From Gammaproteobacteria bacterium (GTDB lineage Bacteria; Pseudomonadota; Gammaproteobacteria; Poriferisulfidales; GCA-002705445): a DNA stretch of 64,000 nt. Location of the stretch: contig JABGXU010000008.1 in NCBI GenBank assembly GCA_018675635.1, forward strand, positions 195,588 to 259,587, read 5' to 3'. How positions within the stretch are numbered: position 1 is the first letter of the stretch; each line of letters opens with the position of its first letter. Made by a program: the position numbers and the translations under genes. Under the pieces are notes generated by a model, which was not told the origin of the DNA, made no database searches, and saw nothing but the letters and a program-made list of their open reading frames with translations. Below, piece by piece: positions 10,274 through 19,743 of the stretch.

Positions 10274-11085
10274 AAATAGCATTTATTGGTTATGGAAATA
10301 TGTCAATTGCAATTATTGACGGAATACTGGAATCTAAAAATAATAATTTTTTAGATAATATATATATATTTCATAATAAAGAAAATTTACATTCTAAAAA
10401 AGAAGGTTGTAAATACTATTTGTCTGGAAATAATCAATCTAAAGAAAATTTCGATATTGTTTTTCTAGCGGTAAAGCCAAAAGATATAAATAATGCAATA
10501 AGAGAAAATATTAATATTTTTAAAGATGAGCAAATCATTATTTCTATAGTTGCTGGTATAAATGTAAAAACGATAAAAAGCATTATAAATAGAAATAATT
10601 CTATAATAAGGGCTATGCCAAATTTATGTGCAAAAATCAAAAAAAGCACTTCAATTATTTTTTATTATAATAATCTTAATAATAATTTAAAAAAATCAAT
10701 AGAAAGTTTATTTTCTTGTATTGGAAGCATTATAATAATTACAGATGAAGAGCAGCTTCATAGTTACACAGCTTTAACTGGAAGCGGGCCAGCATATGTG
10801 ATGTATTTTATAGAAGCCATGTATGAAGCTTGTGAAAATTTTAATATTGATGATAGTTTGAAGTTCAAAGTAATTTTGGATATGGCTATTGGTACTTTAG
10901 ATTTAATTGAAAAAAAATCTAAAGGAATTGAGGATATAAAAAAAATGCGTAATGAAGTTACTTCTAAAGGCGGTACAACAGAAGCAGCCATAAAAAGTTT
11001 ATCGGATAATTCATTTTCTAAAATTTTAAGGGATGCGGTCAATGAAGCAAAGATAAAATCTATAGATTTATCAATTAAGGATTAA
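10270..11085 (+). CDS. proC: pyrroline-5-carboxylate reductase
   Basis: 271 aa; MKIAFIGYGNMSIAII Rossmann N-terminus; C-terminal TSKGGTTEAAI motif. Confidence 0.9.
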   Translation: MKIAFIGYGNMSIAIIDGILESKNNNFLDNIYIFHNKENLHSKKEGCKYYLSGNNQSKENFDIVFLAVKPKDINNAIRENINIFKDEQIIISIVAGINVKTIKSIINRNNSIIRAMPNLCAKIKKSTSIIFYYNNLNNNLKKSIESLFSCIGSIIIITDEEQLHSYTALTGSGPAYVMYFIEAMYEACENFNIDDSLKFKVILDMAIGTLDLIEKKSKGIEDIKKMRNEVTSKGGTTEAAIKSLSDNSFSKILRDAVNEAKIKSIDLSIKD

Positions 11086-11087
11086 AT

Positions 11088-11648
11088 TTGATGTCAAATT
11101 CATTTCCACAATTAGGGTTAAATTTAATAGATATATTTTTTTCTTTTATTATATTTGTTTTTACGTTAAGACTATTAATGTCTTTTTTTAGTACGAGTGC
11201 ATATAATCCAATAACGCAGTCATTAATTAAAATATCAAGACCAATATTAGTGTTTTTTTTCTTTATTCCTAATCTAAATAAATTTGAGTTATCAAGTCTT
11301 TTCGTTATATTTTTATCGCATTTTTTAAATTTTTTTATACAAGGTTCTTTAATAGGAGCAGACATTTTTATTGAGTCTATAATAATATTTTCTATTAAGA
11401 GTTCTATATTTAGCATTCTTAATGTTTTATCAATTATTTTTATAATATTAGCTTTATCTAGTTGGTTTGTTCAATCTTCACAATCTAACAGAAATCCAGC
11501 ATTAGATATAATTTATCAGATATCAACCCCAATTTTATTTTTTATTAAGAGATTAGTGCCTACATCAATAGGTGTAATAGATTTTTCAGTAATAATTGTA
11601 CTTGTTCTTATTATATTTATTAAAAATATCGTTAATATTATTTTATAA
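11088..11648 (+). CDS. yggT: YggT family membrane protein
   Basis: 186-aa polytopic membrane protein in the canonical position after proC. Confidence 0.7.
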   Translation: MMSNSFPQLGLNLIDIFFSFIIFVFTLRLLMSFFSTSAYNPITQSLIKISRPILVFFFFIPNLNKFELSSLFVIFLSHFLNFFIQGSLIGADIFIESIIIFSIKSSIFSILNVLSIIFIILALSSWFVQSSQSNRNPALDIIYQISTPILFFIKRLVPTSIGVIDFSVIIVLVLIIFIKNIVNIIL

Positions 11649-11689
11649 GCTTATTTGTATATTTTTCTAAATTCGTATATATTGCATAA

Positions 11690-11745
11690 AACACCGATTT
11701 GAAGTCAGCTTGCGGGTGGGAAAATACAGCTAAAGCGAAAAATTT
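11690..11745 (+). ncRNA. candidate SAM-II-like (metX-type) leader element, speculative
   Basis: In the metX 5' UTR: CGAUUUGAAGUCAGCUUGCGGGUGGGAAAAUACAGCUAAAGCG. This can form a CACCG/CGG(G)UG hairpin whose loop AGCU can pair with the downstream AGCUAAAG tail (H-type pseudoknot). The GCUAAAG tail is reminiscent of SAM-II. Confidence 0.2.
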
Positions 11746-11799
11746 ATCAAGCATAGCCAAATTTCCTTTATATATAATAATGATTTCAAATATGAAATT

Positions 11800-12942
11800 A
11801 TGGATTTTATTATGCAAAATAAACTAGATAAAAATTCAGTTGGCATTGTTTCTCCTAGCTCTGTTGAGATAAAGCAGAGTCTGGAGCTTGATTGTGGGAA
11901 AACTATAGAAAATTTTTGTTTGGTATATGAAACGTATGGGAAATTAAATAAAGAAAAAAATAATGCAATTCTAATTTGTCATGCTTTATCTGGGGATCAT
12001 CATGCTGCTGGGTATCATGACATTAATGATAAGAAGCCAGGATGGTGGGACGTATGTATAGGCCCAAACAAACCTTTTGATACTAATAAATTTTTCATAG
12101 TCTCTCTTAACAATCTTGGTGGTTGTATGGGCTCAACTGGGCCAAACACATTAGATAAAAAAACTGGTAATGAATATGGTCCTGATTTTCCAATAGTTAC
12201 TGTAAATGATTGGGTTAATAGCCAAAAATTATTGGCTGATTATTTAGGAATTAATGCTTGGGCTTGTGTTATTGGAGGTAGTCTTGGAGGTATGCAAGCG
12301 TTGCAGTGGGCAATAAGTTACCCAGACAAAATAAGAAATTCAATAATAATTGCTGCTGCAGCAAAACTTTCTGCCCAAAATATTGCATTTAATGAAGTAG
12401 CAAGACAGTCGATAATTACCGACCCAGAATTTCATGACGGGCATTACAATAAATTTGGAGTTATTCCAAAAAGAGGACTTAGTATCGCAAGAATGTTAGG
12501 GCATATAACATATTTGTCTGATGATTCTATGAGGCAGAAATTTGGGAGAGATTTAAGAGAGGGAAAATTACATTTTGGATATGATGTAGATTTTCAAGTA
12601 GAAAGTTATTTGAGATATCAAGCACAAGCATTTGTGGAAAGATTTGATGCAAACACATATTTATTAATGACTAAGGCATTAGATTATTTTGACCCGGCAA
12701 AAGAACATGGAGGAGATTTATCAAAAGCATTAGAAAATACTAAGTCTAGGTTCCTTGTTTTGTCTTTTACTAGTGATTGGCGTTTTTCATCATCTAGATC
12801 ACATGAAATAGTGAAATCATTAGTTAGAGCAAGAAAAAGTGTTTCTTATTCTGAAATTGAAGCAAATCATGGACATGATGCATTCTTAATGCCAATACCT
12901 CAATATTTGGGTGTTCTTAAGAATTTTATGGAGAATGTCTAA
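11800..12942 (+). CDS. metX: homoserine O-acyltransferase MetX
   Basis: 380 aa alpha/beta hydrolase; [13 protein letters not shown] and [13 protein letters not shown] motifs; followed by metW. Confidence 0.9.
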   Translation: MDFIMQNKLDKNSVGIVSPSSVEIKQSLELDCGKTIENFCLVYETYGKLNKEKNNAILICHALSGDHHAAGYHDINDKKPGWWDVCIGPNKPFDTNKFFIVSLNNLGGCMGSTGPNTLDKKTGNEYGPDFPIVTVNDWVNSQKLLADYLGINAWACVIGGSLGGMQALQWAISYPDKIRNSIIIAAAAKLSAQNIAFNEVARQSIITDPEFHDGHYNKFGVIPKRGLSIARMLGHITYLSDDSMRQKFGRDLREGKLHFGYDVDFQVESYLRYQAQAFVERFDANTYLLMTKALDYFDPAKEHGGDLSKALENTKSRFLVLSFTSDWRFSSSRSHEIVKSLVRARKSVSYSEIEANHGHDAFLMPIPQYLGVLKNFMENV

Positions 12943-13541
12943 TGATAAGAAAAGATTTTAAAATAATATCTGATTGGATAAAAAAAGATTCAACTGTTTT
13001 AGATTTAGGTTGTGGTGATTCAACCTTGCTTGAATATTTAAAAATAAATAAAAATATTTCTGGTTATGGATTTGAAAAAGATATTAATAAGGTTCAAGAG
13101 TCTATAAAAAAAAATATTAATGTAATACAAGCAGATTTTAATGTTGGTTTGGCAAAATATTTTAATAGTAACTTTTTTGATTACGCAGTTATGACTCAAG
13201 CACTTCAAGAAAACAAGAACCCAAATCATATAATTTTAGAAATGTTAAGGGTTGCAAGAGAAGGTATTGTAACTTTCCCCAATATGGGATTTTGGAAAAA
13301 CAGGTTTCAACTTGGTTTTCTTGGACGTATGCCAGTATCAAATTCATTGCCAAATAATTGGTTTGATACCCCAAATATTCATTTGTGTACTTTTAATGAT
13401 TTTGAAAAACTTTGTGGAGATTTAGAAATTATTATTTTAGATAAGAAAGTTTTAAATAATAATTATTCCACTAATTTTCTACTTAAAATATTTCCTAATT
13501 TTTTTGGGGAAATAGCTTTATATCGTTTTAAGAAAGATTAA
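12942..13541 (+). CDS. metW: methionine biosynthesis protein MetW
   Basis: 199 aa; VLDLGCGDSTLLEYL SAM-MTase-like N-terminus; ATGA overlap with metX. Confidence 0.9.
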   Translation: MIRKDFKIISDWIKKDSTVLDLGCGDSTLLEYLKINKNISGYGFEKDINKVQESIKKNINVIQADFNVGLAKYFNSNFFDYAVMTQALQENKNPNHIILEMLRVAREGIVTFPNMGFWKNRFQLGFLGRMPVSNSLPNNWFDTPNIHLCTFNDFEKLCGDLEIIILDKKVLNNNYSTNFLLKIFPNFFGEIALYRFKKD

Positions 13542-13973
13542 TTATTTTGTTTTAATTTTTGCCTTAATAAAATCAGTATGACTTAAATGCAGTAATTCTG
13601 ATATTTTTCTAATTCTGTGTTCTTCATGTTTATCAATAATATTATCAACTCTTGCTATTTTCCAAGCCATATTAAGTATTGTTTTTTTCTGTGTATTAGT
13701 AAATTTATCGTTAATTAATTTAATGTACTTTCTAAGACAATTAATGTTCTTATGTAATTCTTGTGCTTCAGCAGTTACCCATTTAGCTTTTTCTTTGTCT
13801 AAATTATATTCTTTTTCAATTAGATTGACTATAGATCTAATTTCAATTTCACTAATTTTAAAGTCAGCATAGCTAACTTCTATTAAAATTATTGCACAAG
13901 CGATGTTAATATCACTTATTGGATCAATATTCTCTGGTGCTTTTTTAAATATTTTTTTTATTAGATTTAGCAT
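13542..13973 (-). CDS. TerB-like (tellurite resistance TerB family / DjlA-N-like) protein
   Basis: 143-aa all-helical protein with acidic/aromatic repeats typical of the TerB fold. Weak, composition- and pattern-based. Confidence 0.4.
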   Translation of the reverse strand: MLNLIKKIFKKAPENIDPISDINIACAIILIEVSYADFKISEIEIRSIVNLIEKEYNLDKEKAKWVTAEAQELHKNINCLRKYIKLINDKFTNTQKKTILNMAWKIARVDNIIDKHEEHRIRKISELLHLSHTDFIKAKIKTK

Positions 13974-14082
13974 AATTTATGATATTTTATCATTAATAGA
14001 ATATATAATTTTAATTTTTTCAATATCATTGATAATTTCATTATTAAGATATAAAGTAACATAAAATAATTTTTGATAAATT

Positions 14083-14481
14083 ATGACTAATTATACGGAT
14101 AAAGAATTTATGTACATAACAGAAACTGTTATGAGGATTTTAGATACTTGGAACCTTACAACCCAGCAAATGGTTTTAGTTATAGGACTTCCAACTCAAA
14201 CTAAGAAAAGACAGCTAGATAAATTCAGATCTCTAAAAGCTTTTCCAAAGGATGATCTAATTATAAAAAGGCTAAGTCATATAGTAGGAATATCTGATGC
14301 ACTACGAACTTCATTTCCAAGAAATGAAAATATGTCAGAAAAATGGTTAAAAACACAACATAGGAGATTTGATAATGAGACCCCTTTGTCTGTTATATTG
14401 GAGCAAGGGGTGGATGGACTATGTAAAGTAAGATCTGAATTAGATTGCACTTTTGCATGGGATACATCTGTACAAATTTAA
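14083..14481 (+). CDS. Xre/MbcA/ParS-like antitoxin-domain (DUF2384-like) protein
   Basis: The C-terminus WLKTQHRRFDNETPLSVILEQGVDGLCKVRSEL fits the W..(n)..P..L(L/I)..G...V..L pattern of the DUF2384 toxin-binding domain. The N-terminal region LTTQQMVLVIGLPTQTKKRQLDKF is HTH-like. Confidence 0.5.
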   Translation: MTNYTDKEFMYITETVMRILDTWNLTTQQMVLVIGLPTQTKKRQLDKFRSLKAFPKDDLIIKRLSHIVGISDALRTSFPRNENMSEKWLKTQHRRFDNETPLSVILEQGVDGLCKVRSELDCTFAWDTSVQI

Positions 14482-14493
14482 TCAATTAATATT

Positions 14494-15006
14494 ATGAAAA
14501 AACTTTACACAATAAAAAATTCAAAATTACATGGAAAAGGGTTATTTGCTAATTGCAACATAAAAGCCGAAACAAATATTGTTGAGTACGTTGGTGAAAA
14601 AATAACAAAAGCACAATCAGAGAAAATATCTGATATACAACTAAAAAAATCTCAAAAAAATAAAGATGAAGGGCAAGTATATATTTTCACATTAAATAAT
14701 AAATATGATATTAACGGCAATGTAAATTATAACAAAGCTAGATTAATGAATCATTCATGTAATTCTAATTGTGATACCGATATAATTGATAATAAAATTT
14801 GGATAAGATCGTATAAAGATATTAAGAAAGGTGAAGAATTGACATATGATTATGGTTTTACTTTTGATAAAGATGATTTTAGAGATCACATTTGTAAATG
14901 TGGGTCAAGAAAATGTGTAGGATTTATTGTAACTGAAACAGACTGGAAAAAGCTAAGAAAGTTTCTGTTAAAGCTAGCTAAAAATTGTTTAAAAACTAAC
15001 GAATAA
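14494..15006 (+). CDS. SET-domain protein-lysine N-methyltransferase
   Basis: GKGLFA (GxG), RLMNHSCNSNC (NHSC), ELTYDYGF (catalytic Tyr) and post-SET CKCGSRKC. Lies 12 bp downstream of the preceding ORF. Confidence 0.85.
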   Translation: MKKLYTIKNSKLHGKGLFANCNIKAETNIVEYVGEKITKAQSEKISDIQLKKSQKNKDEGQVYIFTLNNKYDINGNVNYNKARLMNHSCNSNCDTDIIDNKIWIRSYKDIKKGEELTYDYGFTFDKDDFRDHICKCGSRKCVGFIVTETDWKKLRKFLLKLAKNCLKTNE

Positions 15007-15655
15007 ATTTTTTTGAAAAGCAAGAAACGTTATTTATTGAAGTATAATTTTCTACTATTTGTTTTTCTTTTTTTGAATCCGGATAATTTATCGAGATAAG
15101 ATTTTTAATACCATTTTTTTCAGCAAATTTTAAAACATTTTCATTATCATCAATAAAGAATGTTTTTTCTTTATTATAAATTATATTTTTATTTAATATA
15201 TTCCAAAAATTTTCCGTCTCTTTGGCATACCCATAATCATGAGATGAAATTATTTTATTAAAATACCCCCATAATTTAGACTGTGTAATTTTAATATTTA
15301 GCATTTCTCTTGGGCAATTAGTTATTAGAACTGTATTAATCTGATTTTTTTTTAGAGTTTTAAGGAATTCTATTGTGTTAGGAAGCACTGAAATTTTGTC
15401 TTTGGTATTTAATATTTCTGATTTTAAATTAATGTTCAAAATATTACTCCAGTAATTTATGCTGTACCATTCAATAGTACTTTTTTTCTCCATATACATG
15501 CCTTCAAGTATTATTTTTGCTTCTGCAAATGTTGTTTTTTCTATTTTAGAATATAAATTTGGAATATGCTCATGCCAAAAATAGTTGTCATATGCTAGAT
15601 CAAGTAATGTTCCATCCATATCTAAAAAAAACGTTTCTATTACGCCCCATTTCAT
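14996..15655 (-). CDS. HAD-superfamily hydrolase (YrfG-like nucleotidase family)
   Basis: FLDMDGTLLDL motif I (DxDGT) near the N-terminus; 219 aa. Confidence 0.7.
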   Translation of the reverse strand: MKWGVIETFFLDMDGTLLDLAYDNYFWHEHIPNLYSKIEKTTFAEAKIILEGMYMEKKSTIEWYSINYWSNILNINLKSEILNTKDKISVLPNTIEFLKTLKKNQINTVLITNCPREMLNIKITQSKLWGYFNKIISSHDYGYAKETENFWNILNKNIIYNKEKTFFIDDNENVLKFAEKNGIKNLISINYPDSKKEKQIVENYTSINNVSCFSKKFIR

Positions 15656-15692
15656 CTACTCTATTCCTACATTAGTTATTTATTTGATATAT

Positions 15693-16877
15693 ATGATAAC
15701 AGAAAAAAAATATACAGCTTTGGTAAACCTATTATTACAGGTACTGTTTGTTGGTATTTTGCTTGGGTTATTTAGAACTGCTATTCCAGCATTATCAGAA
15801 AGTGTTTTTTTAGTCCCTAAAAATTCATTTATATTTTTATCTACTTTTATTATTGCTTTTGGGATCATTAAGGGAATTGCTAATTATTATGCTGGTGTTT
15901 TTGCTGATAAATATAATAGAAAAACTGTTCTATTATTAGGTTGGTTAGTAGCATTTCCAGTTCCTTTTATAATTTATTTTGCTACAAATTGGTATTACAT
16001 AATTTTAGCCACATTTATTATTGGCATTAATCAAGGGCTAACCTGGTCAGTGACACAAATTTCAAGTGTAGATATTACAAAAAATGAGAATAGAGGATTT
16101 ATTGTTGGGTTAAATGAATTTTCTGGATATTTTGGTGTTGCTATTGGAGGTATTTTAGTTAGTTATATGACATCTTTACTTACAGTAAAAATAGCTTTAT
16201 TTCTTTTTAGTATAATATTTATTTTAATAGCTACTTTATATTGTATATTTTTGGTTAAAGAAACAAAAAGCTATGCAAACATAGCATTTGGTAAAAATCC
16301 AAAAAACGTTTTTTTATATGTAACATGGACAAATAAAAAATTATTTGCTTATTCTCAGGCAGGACACATTGAAAAATTTGTTGATACTTGTATATGGATC
16401 TTCTTCCCTGTTTATTTGTTTAATAACGGTGTAACTTTAATTGAAATTAGTTACATAGTTGGTACATATACTTTTACTTGGGGGATTTTTCAAATTTTCA
16501 CGGGTTTGTATTCTGATTATGTGGGAAGAAACTTATTAATTATATCAGGAATGTTAATTTGTTCTATTGTACTTCCATTATGTTTATTAAGTCTTGAATT
16601 TAGTTGGTGGATGACGTGTAGTTTTTTTCTTGGTTTGGGTATGGCTCTTTTATATCCGTCAATAAGCTCTGCTGTTAATGATAATTGTGATGATAGTTGG
16701 AGAGCTTCTGCAATTGGTATATATAGATTTTGGAGGGATACCGGTTATGCTACAGGAGCATTAGGATTAGGCATAGTAACAAGTTTAGTAAACATTGAGG
16801 CTGGCTTTATTTTTGTTTCTTTCAGCATGATATTGTCAACTTTAATTTTAATTTTTACTTTAAAAAAATATAGTTAG
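15693..16877 (+). CDS. MFS transporter
   Basis: About 12 TM segments. Start moved to ATG 15693 (MITEKK) to avoid a long overlap with the convergent HAD gene. Motif ADKYNRK between TM2 and TM3. Confidence 0.7.
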   Translation: MITEKKYTALVNLLLQVLFVGILLGLFRTAIPALSESVFLVPKNSFIFLSTFIIAFGIIKGIANYYAGVFADKYNRKTVLLLGWLVAFPVPFIIYFATNWYYIILATFIIGINQGLTWSVTQISSVDITKNENRGFIVGLNEFSGYFGVAIGGILVSYMTSLLTVKIALFLFSIIFILIATLYCIFLVKETKSYANIAFGKNPKNVFLYVTWTNKKLFAYSQAGHIEKFVDTCIWIFFPVYLFNNGVTLIEISYIVGTYTFTWGIFQIFTGLYSDYVGRNLLIISGMLICSIVLPLCLLSLEFSWWMTCSFFLGLGMALLYPSISSAVNDNCDDSWRASAIGIYRFWRDTGYATGALGLGIVTSLVNIEAGFIFVSFSMILSTLILIFTLKKYS

Positions 16878-16940
16878 TATATTAAATAAAAATGTTTTTG
16901 GTGAAACGATAGGAATTTGTAGTTAAGAATACTATGTATT

Positions 16941-18449
16941 CTATTTCACAAGTGGAGGAACCATACCATGGTGAAATATGTATGCTACACCGTAAGCTAT
17001 TGGAGCTATAACTACAAATAAACCAATAGCATATAGAAATGCAAGTTTACCCATGCCTTTTAATTTACTGAAATCAGTTATTACTCCGATGCTAACGAAA
17101 GTAAGCATAAACATCATTTTTCTCATAGGGCTTTGAACAACATTAGCTCCAACTGACGCAGCATCTTTTACATCTGGCGCTAAAATAATAATTAATAAAT
17201 AAAAAAACCAGGTTATAAAATAACCAATCACAAATTTTGGAAAGCGAAACCAAATTTCTGATAAAGGCACATTACTTCCAACCGACCTTTTTTCAACTTT
17301 GTACATCCATATTAAAGCCAATATAAACGCCCAAACACCAATAAAGACATCTATCCATATTTTAGTTAATACGGCAGCAGCAAGTATCCAATCCTCTTGC
17401 CATTGTTCTCCTGTTTCTTTTAGATGTTGGCTAACCATTATTTCATCTAATATTGCTCCTGCAGCCGCATCTGCGCCATCTGTTTTAACAGTCATGCCCA
17501 TAGCAGCACCATTTACTATTGGCTCATTAGGTGCAACAGCTGCATAAAAACCTGGCAATACCACTAATTCAAGCATTGCAAATATTACTATTAACATCGA
17601 AAGGGCTATAGGCAAAATGGGTTTTGCACGAATTGCGCCAGCTGTTGCAATTGCTGCAGAAACTCCACATATTGAAATACCAGATGACAGAACTGCTGCG
17701 GCGTCTCGACTAAGCTTAAATAATCTTCGCGATATAAAATATATAATTGGCCAAAATAAAAGATATGCTACAAAAACTGCGGCTGCACCAGTTAGAGCTA
17801 GATCTATTGCAAAACCTGTTGCTCTCATAGACATTAAGCCAAGCTTTATTCCAAGATAAACAATTGCTGTTTTAATAAACCATTCTGGTTTTGCTGATTC
17901 TCGTAAAAACTTTGCCAAATTTTTAAAAAAATTTCCTATTATTAATCCAATAGCTAAAGCTAGCATATAAGAAAAACCACCACCCAATTGTAACCCCCAT
18001 GTTAAATTATATTTTTCAAAATAATTTTTTCCTTTTACAATGGCATCAACAGATTTGAAGTGTGCTTCATGACCTACAATCCAGCATAGCCATGTAATAA
18101 AAAATATAATGGTGAACCCAAAAAAGAATTTTTTTACATCAAGTTTTTGAAAGTAAGCACCAATGCATGTAATAAATGTAAAAATAAAATAAGTGAAAAA
18201 TAATGAAACTAGAGGATGTAATTGCGCATAGTATTTTGTAGATGGTTTAAGCAACTTTGCCCATGAAAAATTAGACATAAGATCAGTCCATTCCCAAGTT
18301 TTTACTTTTGTCATCCATCCTACTAGGTCAATATCCCAGATAGTAAAAAGTCCTGCAAAAAACATTATTAAACCTAACCAGACTGCCCACCAGTCTTCTG
18401 TTCGCAGCATGCCATCTGACCATTTTCTATTAATATTTTCCATATTCAT
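16941..18449 (-). CDS. YeiH/UPF0324-family putative transporter with ~150-aa N-terminal membrane extension
   Basis: 502-aa polytopic membrane protein. LSSGISICGVSAAIATAGAI resembles the conserved GSSICGASA motif of the YeiH putative sulfate exporter family. Confidence 0.5.
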   Translation of the reverse strand: MNMENINRKWSDGMLRTEDWWAVWLGLIMFFAGLFTIWDIDLVGWMTKVKTWEWTDLMSNFSWAKLLKPSTKYYAQLHPLVSLFFTYFIFTFITCIGAYFQKLDVKKFFFGFTIIFFITWLCWIVGHEAHFKSVDAIVKGKNYFEKYNLTWGLQLGGGFSYMLALAIGLIIGNFFKNLAKFLRESAKPEWFIKTAIVYLGIKLGLMSMRATGFAIDLALTGAAAVFVAYLLFWPIIYFISRRLFKLSRDAAAVLSSGISICGVSAAIATAGAIRAKPILPIALSMLIVIFAMLELVVLPGFYAAVAPNEPIVNGAAMGMTVKTDGADAAAGAILDEIMVSQHLKETGEQWQEDWILAAAVLTKIWIDVFIGVWAFILALIWMYKVEKRSVGSNVPLSEIWFRFPKFVIGYFITWFFYLLIIILAPDVKDAASVGANVVQSPMRKMMFMLTFVSIGVITDFSKLKGMGKLAFLYAIGLFVVIAPIAYGVAYIFHHGMVPPLVK

Positions 18450-18712
18450 ATATCAAAAATTAATATTCTGTTGAAATAGTGTGAATGATATTGATGAAGC
18501 CACTTCGGGAATGTGGAAAAATCATAAACCATATTAACTTTTATTTTTTTTCCTTTTTCTTTTATTAGTAAATTAGTTAGCGTTATTTTAATTTTATCAT
18601 CTAGATCAGTAATCTCTTTTGCTTTCAATTTCAAGAAATTATTTTTCGCAAACCAATAATTATTATTATGGCTAATTTGTAATTCTGTATTTATTACTAG
18701 TATTGTCTTCAT
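18446..18712 (-). CDS. hypothetical 88-aa protein, translationally coupled (ATGA) on both sides
   Basis: ORF start overlaps the stop of the upstream 54-aa ORF. Its stop overlaps the ATG of the YeiH-like gene. Confidence 0.45.
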   Translation of the reverse strand: MKTILVINTELQISHNNNYWFAKNNFLKLKAKEITDLDDKIKITLTNLLIKEKGKKIKVNMVYDFSTFPKWLHQYHSHYFNRILIFDI

Positions 18713-18873
18713 AATACTAACAAGTTTATTAAAATACCGAGAATAATTAAACCAATAATGGCAATTAGGATACTATAGATTACTAGTTTTGATTCCCAGC
18801 TTTCCCATGGTTCTGGGTTACTTAGTAATTCTTGCGCAGACTCTAATTCAATAGATTTTACTTTATCTTTCAT
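18709..18873 (-). CDS. unannotated 54-aa single-TM peptide (MKDKVKSIELESAQELLSNPEPWESWESKLVIYSILIAIIGLIILGILINLLVL)
   Basis: Translated by hand from the - strand. GAGG lies 9 nt upstream of the ATG. The stop TGA overlaps the ATG of the 88-aa ORF. It is below the ORF-track length cutoff. Confidence 0.5.
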   Translation of the reverse strand: MKDKVKSIELESAQELLSNPEPWESWESKLVIYSILIAIIGLIILGILINLLVL

Positions 18874-19012
18874 TTTTAAAAACCTCATAAAGTACTTTAT
18901 ATAATATATGGAAAAATTTGCTAAATTAACAAATTTTTCTTATAGAGTAGTTTAATATGAATAGCATAAAAGTTAGATATGCTAAAGATTTTTTTTAATA
19001 GAATATTATAAA

Positions 19013-19088
19013 TGGTGGCTCGGGGCAGAATTGAACTGCCGACACGAGGATTTTCAGTCCACTGCTCTACCAACTGAGCTACCAAGCC
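19013..19088 (-). tRNA. tRNA-Phe (GAA)
   Basis: Reverse complement reads GGCTTGGTAGCTCAGTTGGTAGAGCAGTGGACTGAAAATCC...TTCAATTCTGCCCCGAGCCACCA. It has a 7-bp acceptor stem, a GAA anticodon in a CTGAAAA loop, a T-loop GTTCAATTC and an encoded CCA. Confidence 0.95.
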
Positions 19089-19276
19089 GTTATTCATTTA
19101 TAATTCATTATGAAAAAAGTGAGTATACACTAATGTATTAATAGATGAAGTTATGTTTTTAATGATAAATTTTTTTATATTTTTTCATCAATATGAAATA
19201 TATTAGATATTCATTATATTCGAATAATGGTATTTATTATAAATATTCAGTGAGTTTTTTTTATTTCTAAATTAAT

Positions 19277-19540
19277 TTATTTTGGTTTAAATTCCTTAGG
19301 GAGCTCTGAACCTCTGCCAAATAAAAATTTTTCCATTTCTTCTTCTAAAAAAGTTCTAGCTTTTGGTTCCATAGGTGTCAGTCTATTTTCATTAATAAGC
19401 ATGGTCATATGCTTCACCCAAAGAGCCCATGCTTCTTTCGAAATATTTTCAAAAATTTTTTTACCTAATTCTCCAGGATATGTAGGTCTATCTAAACCTC
19501 CCAACTCTTTATTAAGCATTAAACAATTTACAGTACGCAT
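19277..19540 (-). CDS. yggX: Fe(II)-trafficking / oxidative damage protection protein YggX
   Basis: 87 aa; [21 protein letters not shown]...MLINE matches the YggX family. Confidence 0.85.
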   Translation of the reverse strand: MRTVNCLMLNKELGGLDRPTYPGELGKKIFENISKEAWALWVKHMTMLINENRLTPMEPKARTFLEEEMEKFLFGRGSELPKEFKPK

Positions 19541-19743
19541 TAGGAAAGTTCCTCCGTCATTTTATTATAACCGATTTAACTGGTTTTGAAGATGCAATAT
19601 TATCATAAATATTTTTCCAGTAATATTTATCAATTGTTATATTATTTATTGATTTCGTTTTAATAACAGAAACATTCATTTTAATATGTGTTAAATTATG
19701 TCTGCCATTATTTTTATGACAGCTAATTAAGTTATAAGAAAAA

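Noticed and set aside
15585-15692. Upstream extension of the MFS transporter ORF overlapping the HAD gene by 70 nt
   Set aside because: A convergent 70-nt coding overlap is unlikely. The internal Met (MITEKK) just outside the HAD gene gives a sensible first TM helix.
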